A DNA stretch of 64,000 nucleotides from Deltaproteobacteria bacterium (lineage in GTDB: Bacteria > Myxococcota_A > UBA9160 > UBA4427), in contig NZHD01000051.1 of the NCBI GenBank assembly GCA_002691205.1, positions 66,901 through 130,900 of the forward strand, given 5' to 3'. The translations under genes and the position numbers were made by a program. This document shows positions 56,473 to 64,000 of the stretch, piece after piece; position 1 is the stretch's first letter; every line of letters starts with the position of its first letter. A model generated the notes under the pieces. That model was given only the letters and a program-made list of their open reading frames with translations, was not told the DNA's origin and made no database searches.

Positions 56473-57843
56473 ATGGATACCCGTATTGACAGGGAGATTG
56501 AAGAGCATCCCTGGCGCGAAGCTCTTTTTTCAGGCCAAACCTGGGTTCGTCGTAGCCTTTTCCTTATGGCCGCTATCGCGACCGGCCTAGTGGCCTTGCT
56601 TTTTAATTTAGCGGACCGCTTTTCCGTCACATTTCGTGCCTTTTTGTTAAAGGGAGAGAGCCTCTGGGGTCTCGAAATCGATTCACAAACGGGCACCGGC
56701 ATCGCCATGGGACTCTCCATCATTGGAATTTGGCTTGCGATGACCCTACGCGATCGTTTCTTTCCAGGAACACAGGGAACAGGAATTCCTCAGGTCATGG
56801 CCTCACTAAACGTAGAGGCCGATGATCCGCTGAGGCAAAGCATGCTTTCCTGGCGCATTGCTATCGGAAAGGCCCTTCTTCTCATTATCGGAATCTATGC
56901 CGGAGCCACTATCGGACGCGAAGGCCCGTCCGTTCACGTTGGAGCGTGCCTCATCTACCTGATCGGATGTTGGGGGCACTTTCCCAGTTGGGCGGTTCAG
57001 CGAGGCCTGATTCTCGCCGGGGGCGCAGCCGGAATCGCGGCGGCTTTCAACGCACCAATTGCGGGCACCGTCTTTGCCATCGAAGAAATTGGTCGCTCCT
57101 TTGAAAAGAAAAATGTCGGCCTCATCATGCTAGGCGTCGCAGTGGCTTGCACGGCCTGCTGGGTCTATCTAGGCGATTATGTCTTCTATGGAAAACTCAA
57201 TCCGAGCCTGACCTCTCCCTCTCAATGGCTGGTCATCATTCCGGTCGCCATCGTGGCCGGTTTTTTAGGAGGCTGTTTCTCGCGCGCGGTCGTGGCATCA
57301 ACCCTCTGGGTCAATCGAACGCTCCGAAGCCACCGAGTTCTTTTGCCCTTGGGACTTGGATGTGGACTGGCTGGGCTGGGGCTCGCAAGTGGGGGAATGA
57401 GCTACGGCAGCGGCTACGACCAAGCGCTTGGCATCCTTCAACACGACGCCGAGGTGACGTTCATCTACCCACTCACGAAAGCCGCCGGAAACTTCATCAG
57501 CCTCGCGAGCGGGATCCCTGGCGGACTCTTCGATCCTTCTTTCGCTGTCGGGGCCGCAATGGGCAAACTATCGGCTCCCCTTTTTCCAGGAGTGGACCCT
57601 CGCGCGATCAGCATGATCGCCATGACGGCTTACTTTACAGGTGTGGTCCGAAGCCCCATCACGTCAGTAGTCATCCTTCTCGAAATGACCACCGCGCGAG
57701 ATATGGCAATGCCCCTTTTTATGGCCGCCGTTATCGCCTACGAGTCTTCGAAGCTGATCTCAAAAACACCGATCTACGAAGCCCTCGCTGAGATCTTTCT
57801 CCAAGACCTGAGAACGAAGCAAACCGATAAGAGTACAGCCTAA
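56473..57843 (+). CDS. ClC-family chloride channel / H+-Cl- antiporter
   Basis: Selectivity-filter motifs GREGPSVHVG and GIPGGLFDPS, plus …GAAGIAAAFNAPIAGTVFAIEE…. No C-terminal CBS domains. Confidence 0.92.
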   Translation: MDTRIDREIEEHPWREALFSGQTWVRRSLFLMAAIATGLVALLFNLADRFSVTFRAFLLKGESLWGLEIDSQTGTGIAMGLSIIGIWLAMTLRDRFFPGTQGTGIPQVMASLNVEADDPLRQSMLSWRIAIGKALLLIIGIYAGATIGREGPSVHVGACLIYLIGCWGHFPSWAVQRGLILAGGAAGIAAAFNAPIAGTVFAIEEIGRSFEKKNVGLIMLGVAVACTACWVYLGDYVFYGKLNPSLTSPSQWLVIIPVAIVAGFLGGCFSRAVVASTLWVNRTLRSHRVLLPLGLGCGLAGLGLASGGMSYGSGYDQALGILQHDAEVTFIYPLTKAAGNFISLASGIPGGLFDPSFAVGAAMGKLSAPLFPGVDPRAISMIAMTAYFTGVVRSPITSVVILLEMTTARDMAMPLFMAAVIAYESSKLISKTPIYEALAEIFLQDLRTKQTDKSTA

Positions 57844-57874
57844 GGTTGGTCCAAAGAGAAGCGTGGATAGGCCC

Positions 57875-59092
57875 TCAGGGCAGGCAAACCTTTGGCAGTG
57901 GGTGTCGATAGAGATGAGCCGCATTTTCGTGGGTGATCATTCGGATCTCCTCAACGGGCAAATCCCCGAGCACCTCATGAATTACATTCTGGGTATTCGG
58001 CCAGGTTCCATCGCCGTGTGGATAGTCTGACTCAAAGAGAATATTTTCAACGCCAATGGCATGACGGGTGGATACGGTCGACGGGTCATCAATCATGCAG
58101 AACCAAAAATTCCTGCGAAGCACATCGCTGGGCGACATCTCCTTGTCGGGCCAGCCTCCTCCATACCCGGATCGAGCCATAATGTTATCCAATCGATCGG
58201 CCAACATCGCTACCCAACCGATCCCACCCTCCGACATGGCGATCTTCAAAGTCGGGAAACGCGCGGGCCATCCGCTCCAGAGCCACTCTGCGCAGGCTCC
58301 CAACGCAATCTGCCCGAACAAAGTGGAACCCAGCTCAAGCATGGGGGCACCGGGTGGCATCTGCGCAAAACCGGAAGAACCCACATGAAGATTGAGAACC
58401 GTTTCGGTTTCGGCGCAGGCACGAACGATGGGTTCCCAAAACTCATCAAAAACTGAGGGAAGACCTTGTCGATGGGGCTGCTCAGGAATCGTCACCGCCG
58501 TAAACCCGCGCTCTGCATTGCGTCGGATTTCAGCTGCCCCCACCTCGGGATCGGTCACATATGTAATTCCTAACGGTACGATGCGATCGGGATAAGGCGA
58601 GTACCACTCCTCAAAAAGCCAATCATTCCAAGCTCGGGTGCAGGCAATCCCCAATTCTCGATCATCAATCAAACTGAACAGCGTTCCCCCAAACCCAGTC
58701 ACGCCCGAAGGGAAATTTACAGAGGCCTGAATTCCTCCGATATCCATATCCTTGATCCGGTCTTTGATTCGAAAACAACCGGGTCGAATTTCGTCAAAGC
58801 GAGCTGGCTCGAGCCGATGATCTTCCTCTGGCCGACCCGCAACACACATGAAGCCGACTTGAAAATAAGGTTGCCCGTCGAGTTGCCAAACTTCATGCCC
58901 CTCTTCCGTCTCGATCACCTTCGGCCCACGCTCTTGTAGCTTTGCCGGAAGTCTTCCCTCAAATGTTTCAGGTGGCTCCATCAAATGGTCGTCCACCGAG
59001 ATCAAGGTGTACCGCGTCTCACGCATTTCAGGGTCGGGCAGCAGAGGCTTCGTAACGGGACGCTTCACCCCCAACTTTATAACTTCAACCAT
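57875..59092 (-). CDS. amidohydrolase-2 (ACMSD/LigW-like) family metal-dependent hydrolase
   Basis: ATG with GGAGA 6 nt upstream. …LISVDDHLMEPP… (metal-binding His-containing N-terminal motif), …LNLHVGSSG…, …ILFESDYPHGDGTWP…. Confidence 0.82.
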   Translation of the reverse strand: MVEVIKLGVKRPVTKPLLPDPEMRETRYTLISVDDHLMEPPETFEGRLPAKLQERGPKVIETEEGHEVWQLDGQPYFQVGFMCVAGRPEEDHRLEPARFDEIRPGCFRIKDRIKDMDIGGIQASVNFPSGVTGFGGTLFSLIDDRELGIACTRAWNDWLFEEWYSPYPDRIVPLGITYVTDPEVGAAEIRRNAERGFTAVTIPEQPHRQGLPSVFDEFWEPIVRACAETETVLNLHVGSSGFAQMPPGAPMLELGSTLFGQIALGACAEWLWSGWPARFPTLKIAMSEGGIGWVAMLADRLDNIMARSGYGGGWPDKEMSPSDVLRRNFWFCMIDDPSTVSTRHAIGVENILFESDYPHGDGTWPNTQNVIHEVLGDLPVEEIRMITHENAAHLYRHPLPKVCLP

Positions 59093-59472
59093 GTTGATCT
59101 CCTGACCTAAGTGATGCTCTTCATCGAAAGAAATCGTTCGCCACGTCAGACCTCTCGGTTTAATCCCGAAAAAAAGACAATAGAGCGACACGTCTATCTT
59201 GCCCAGCGTTCTTAGGCGTATTCGGCGTAGTCGTACTTATGTACTGACTCTCTCGCGAGACTCCGCAGGACTCAAAGCGTGCGCGGAGATTGAAGAGAGC
59301 GAGCTTAATCACCAAAAGAGCAGAGCCCTAAACCCACCCAGAGCCCTTCTTACAACAAGCAGTGAGAGAATCCATCTGCCCAGAGCCCGAAAAAACGGAC
59401 TGGACCCTCTGATGCCCCGTCCGCAACTACTGAGGCATCGCGGGGATGGGGCCCGAGTTTGACTGAGATCAT

Positions 59473-60333
59473 CTATTCGAGAGCTCGCTGTGCACCGACG
59501 AGCCAGACGGCGGAACCCATGACCACGCCCTCGTCTTTCAGATAAGGCTCAATCGCTTCCCTCACAGAAAGGCTGATGCTCGAGGCTAACTCCGGGGAGG
59601 CCTCCCTTAAGGCCGCGCCCGCCGGCCCCATCTGAAGAAGAAAATCAAGCGCCCCCTGCAATCCCAATCCACGCCCCACCACCACAGGTTGCTCATGCGA
59701 AATGATGGAGATGCCCTGAAAACCCGCCTCCTTCAAGAGACCCTCCAGGCGCTTGGGATCAGCCAACGCGAACGGTCCGGGAGCCAATGGGTCCCTTTCC
59801 TCAGTGGAATCGAGATGCTGAATGGCCGCTTTGCCCGGAACCGACATCCAAGGATTCCGCTCAGGGTCTTGCCAGCAAACGAATGAAATTCGCCCACCAG
59901 GACGCAACGCTGTGTGCAAGTTCTTGAAAGCCACGGCCGGATCATCAAAAAACATGACTCCAAATCTCGAAAAAATCAGGTCCATGCTTTCAGGCTCAAA
60001 AACATGCGTCTGCGCGTCTGCCTCCATGAAATCCAACTGACTGAACTCAACTGAGCGCCGACGAGCTTCGGACAACATGACCCGCGAAACATCCACTCCA
60101 AGAACAGCGCCCTGCTCTCCGACTCGCGCAGCCAAAGCTCGACTCGTCTGGCCGCAGCCACAACCTACATCAACCACTCGCTCTCCAGGCTCCACCGCCG
60201 CCTTCTCGATTCCGGCTTGGCCCAGTGGCTCAACCTGGTCGTTGATTCGATCTGAAAGCGTGACCCACTTCGGACCCGCCACTTGATTCCAGTAGTCGAT
60301 CTGTTGTTGATTTGTAGACTCGGCGGAGCTCAT
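59473..60333 (-). CDS. class I SAM-dependent methyltransferase
   Basis: Motif I VVDVGCGCGQTS. The ATG at 60333 has GAGGGA about 8 nt upstream, whereas the ORF-track start at 60357 is TTG. Confidence 0.85.
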   Translation of the reverse strand: MSSAESTNQQQIDYWNQVAGPKWVTLSDRINDQVEPLGQAGIEKAAVEPGERVVDVGCGCGQTSRALAARVGEQGAVLGVDVSRVMLSEARRRSVEFSQLDFMEADAQTHVFEPESMDLIFSRFGVMFFDDPAVAFKNLHTALRPGGRISFVCWQDPERNPWMSVPGKAAIQHLDSTEERDPLAPGPFALADPKRLEGLLKEAGFQGISIISHEQPVVVGRGLGLQGALDFLLQMGPAGAALREASPELASSISLSVREAIEPYLKDEGVVMGSAVWLVGAQRALE

Positions 60334-60439
60334 TTCATTTCCCTCTATTCTGACCAACGAAAAACCAGAGAACGTAATTACACAAAAATACTAAATGGAT
60401 ACGAAGGAGAGTCACGGCCGAACTTCAAAGGATTTAGCC

Positions 60440-61435
60440 TCAGAGGTCGACGTCCGGCATATCCTTGGCCATTAAGCACAAATAATCGTAGACCAAGGTG
60501 GCCGCAGCTAACGAGGTAACCTCGGCGACGTCGTAATCGGGCGCCACCTCCACGATGTCCATCCCTATGAAATCGATCCCATGGAGCGAAGCAAAAACAC
60601 GCCTGGCCCAAGCTGTACTTGGCCCCCCGGTCACAGGAGTTCCCGTCCCGGGGGCATAACACGGATCGAGACAGTCAATGTCGAAGGTCAAGTAGGCTTT
60701 TCGATCTCCGACCCTCTCCTTGATCCGCGCGGCTGTCGCTTCGGCTCCATGTTCATCGACCCAAAAGCCATCTAAAGTTTCGATACCATGGTCCTCATGA
60801 TTGTGCGTCCGAATCCCAACGTGAATGGAATGATCGGTATCAATCAGGCCGGCCTCTAAAGCCTCGTGAAACATGGTCCCATGATTTAAGGGCAGGTCAT
60901 CAACCCAAGTGTCCGAGTGCGCATCAAAATGCACCATGGCCAAAGGTCCATGTTTGCGTGCATGAGCCCGCATAACCGGTAACGAAATCAAATGTTCTCC
61001 GCCCAGGGTCACCATGGATACATCCTGACTTAGAATCCAGTCCGCACGCTCTTCAGTGGCCGAAAGGAGGCTATCTACATATCCAGCCTCAAAGACCACA
61101 TCGCCGACATCCACCACGGCCAAACGCCGAAAAGGGTCGAATCCCCAAGGCCAAGCTTCACCCCAGCTCAAGTGAGCCGATGCAGCCCGAATAGACCTAG
61201 GGCCAAATCGAGTACCTGGGCGATTGCTCACGGTGAGGTCGGCGGGAACGCCCAGAATAGCTACATCCGCTCCAGTTAAATCATGCGTATATCGACGCCG
61301 ACCAAAACTTAAAGCACCTGAATAGCCAGCCTCGTCCACTGTGCCGTAAAGACTTTCGCCGGCAAAAGCCTGATCGCCCTCAAATCCTGGCGAAGATGAA
61401 TTCCCGTCGGAATTCCCCGGGTGCTTATCTGACAT
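60440..61435 (-). CDS. speB: agmatinase (ureohydrolase family)
   Basis: Mn-binding motifs HFDAHSDTW, GGEHLIS, TFDIDCLDPCYAPGTGTP. ATG giving MSDKHPG…. Confidence 0.9.
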   Translation of the reverse strand: MSDKHPGNSDGNSSSPGFEGDQAFAGESLYGTVDEAGYSGALSFGRRRYTHDLTGADVAILGVPADLTVSNRPGTRFGPRSIRAASAHLSWGEAWPWGFDPFRRLAVVDVGDVVFEAGYVDSLLSATEERADWILSQDVSMVTLGGEHLISLPVMRAHARKHGPLAMVHFDAHSDTWVDDLPLNHGTMFHEALEAGLIDTDHSIHVGIRTHNHEDHGIETLDGFWVDEHGAEATAARIKERVGDRKAYLTFDIDCLDPCYAPGTGTPVTGGPSTAWARRVFASLHGIDFIGMDIVEVAPDYDVAEVTSLAAATLVYDYLCLMAKDMPDVDL

Positions 61436-61509
61436 AAAACCTCTCCTGCCCAGGGCATCCGCCCCTCTCAAAGGGAGCAAAACCTGACACCCCGTTCATT
61501 CGGCTGACT

Positions 61510-63186
<1,677 letters not shown>

Positions 63187-63535
63187 TCAAAAGGCCAAAC
63201 CACGACCCTGCCCAAAACGCCTCTCGAAGGAGGCCTCCCCATCGCAAAATGACGCACTGAAGCGCCCGTCTCGAAATGCGTTCTCCGGGGGGAACCTTGG
63301 CTTCAGCATCTGTTGTGATGCCTCTCCGGCGGCCATATGAGATGACCTGTTCCAGGAATTCCGCGGTGGCTCGTATCGCCAATACCCCTCCGAGTCCTTT
63401 GTTAACTCGGAACAAGGATATAGCCCGTCATCGCCTTCCGGCCAACCGCGATGGCCCACTTGAAGTGGATCGGTCCAAATCTGGCCCAGAACGGCGTATT
63501 AAAAAATCGTCTAGACGAGCTTTACGCAGACGACT

Positions 63536-64000
63536 TCAGGCTCCGTTCACGGCACTAACCCCCGGGTCAAATTCCGTCCTCTGCAGCTCTCGGTAGAGCT
63601 CCGCCAGGCTGACCATCTGATACGGAATAAGCCAGATAAAGGCGAGCCCCAGGGTCAGAGAACCCAGCAGCAGATATAACCCTAGAAAGCGAAGGTAAAA
63701 GCCCAAGATCTGCCAACGATGCCCCTCAACCAATGCCCTGCTCCTCGCCATGGCCTCCAGGGGCCCAGATTCTGGGTGCTCCGCCAAGACAAAAAAGACC
63801 ATGGAATAGGACACCATGGCCATCACGCCGGGAACCAACAGAAAAACAAAGCCGATGGAGATCAAAGTGGCCGTCAAGAGATAGGCCAGGCAGGCAGTAC
63901 CAAGTCGACGGAGGCCATCAAATCCATCAAAAACCAACGCAAATCGAGCCTCTCCCTGCCCCACCAAAGCAAGCGCCAAACTCACCATCCCGAATTCGAA
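63536..64000 (-). CDS. hypothetical polytopic membrane protein (5' end probably outside window)
   Basis: The frame stays open to the window edge upstream of the ATG at 63988. Several TM helices. Resembles DUF975-like integral membrane proteins only loosely. Confidence 0.5.
   Translation of the reverse strand, partial: FEFGMVSLALALVGQGEARFALVFDGFDGLRRLGTACLAYLLTATLISIGFVFLLVPGVMAMVSYSMVFFVLAEHPESGPLEAMARSRALVEGHRWQILGFYLRFLGLYLLLGSLTLGLAFIWLIPYQMVSLAELYRELQRTEFDPGVSAVNGA

Overview
This 64-kb window is densely coded chromosomal DNA from a Gram-negative bacterium. An Lpt/TolC/Sec envelope gene set, sigma-54, a regulatory PTS, DUF4388, bactofilin and HD-GYP proteins give it a delta-proteobacteria-like (Myxococcota/Bdellovibrionota-type) flavour, but that lineage guess is inference only. 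I call 59 CDS and one tRNA-Glu(UUC). Most of the window is housekeeping. On the minus strand: ispD-ispF-cysS-uvrB-uvrC, comEC, yajC-secD-secF, metK, and lptC-lptA-lptB-rpoN-ptsN-hprK-rapZ-EIIA(Man)-HPr, trkH, speB, pyrG. On the plus strand: ilvB-ilvN. I found no rRNA, CRISPR array, transposase, integrase, phage gene or recognisable defence gene, so I cannot point to a clear-cut novel system. The candidates most worth a second look are these. (1) A compact operon at 6347-9998 encodes a REC-HD-GYP regulator, a XylR_N/V4R-STAS sensor and a DUF4388-J-domain-TPR protein. (2) A miniature exosortase-family gene overlaps a 4-TM partner at 13889-14984, downstream of comEC, with no visible sorting-signal substrate. 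(3) The LptA homologue carries an unexplained N-terminal domain of about 130 aa. (4) A TolC gene is followed after 2 nt by a bactofilin gene. (5) A paired acyl-CoA dehydrogenase / hotdog / amidohydrolase catabolic cluster lies at 52073-59092. (6) A TauE permease lacks a canonical start codon for its conserved N-terminus (C5 tract, or a CTG start with a good SD). All product calls rest on motif recognition by eye in the supplied translations. No database search or numeric computation was run.
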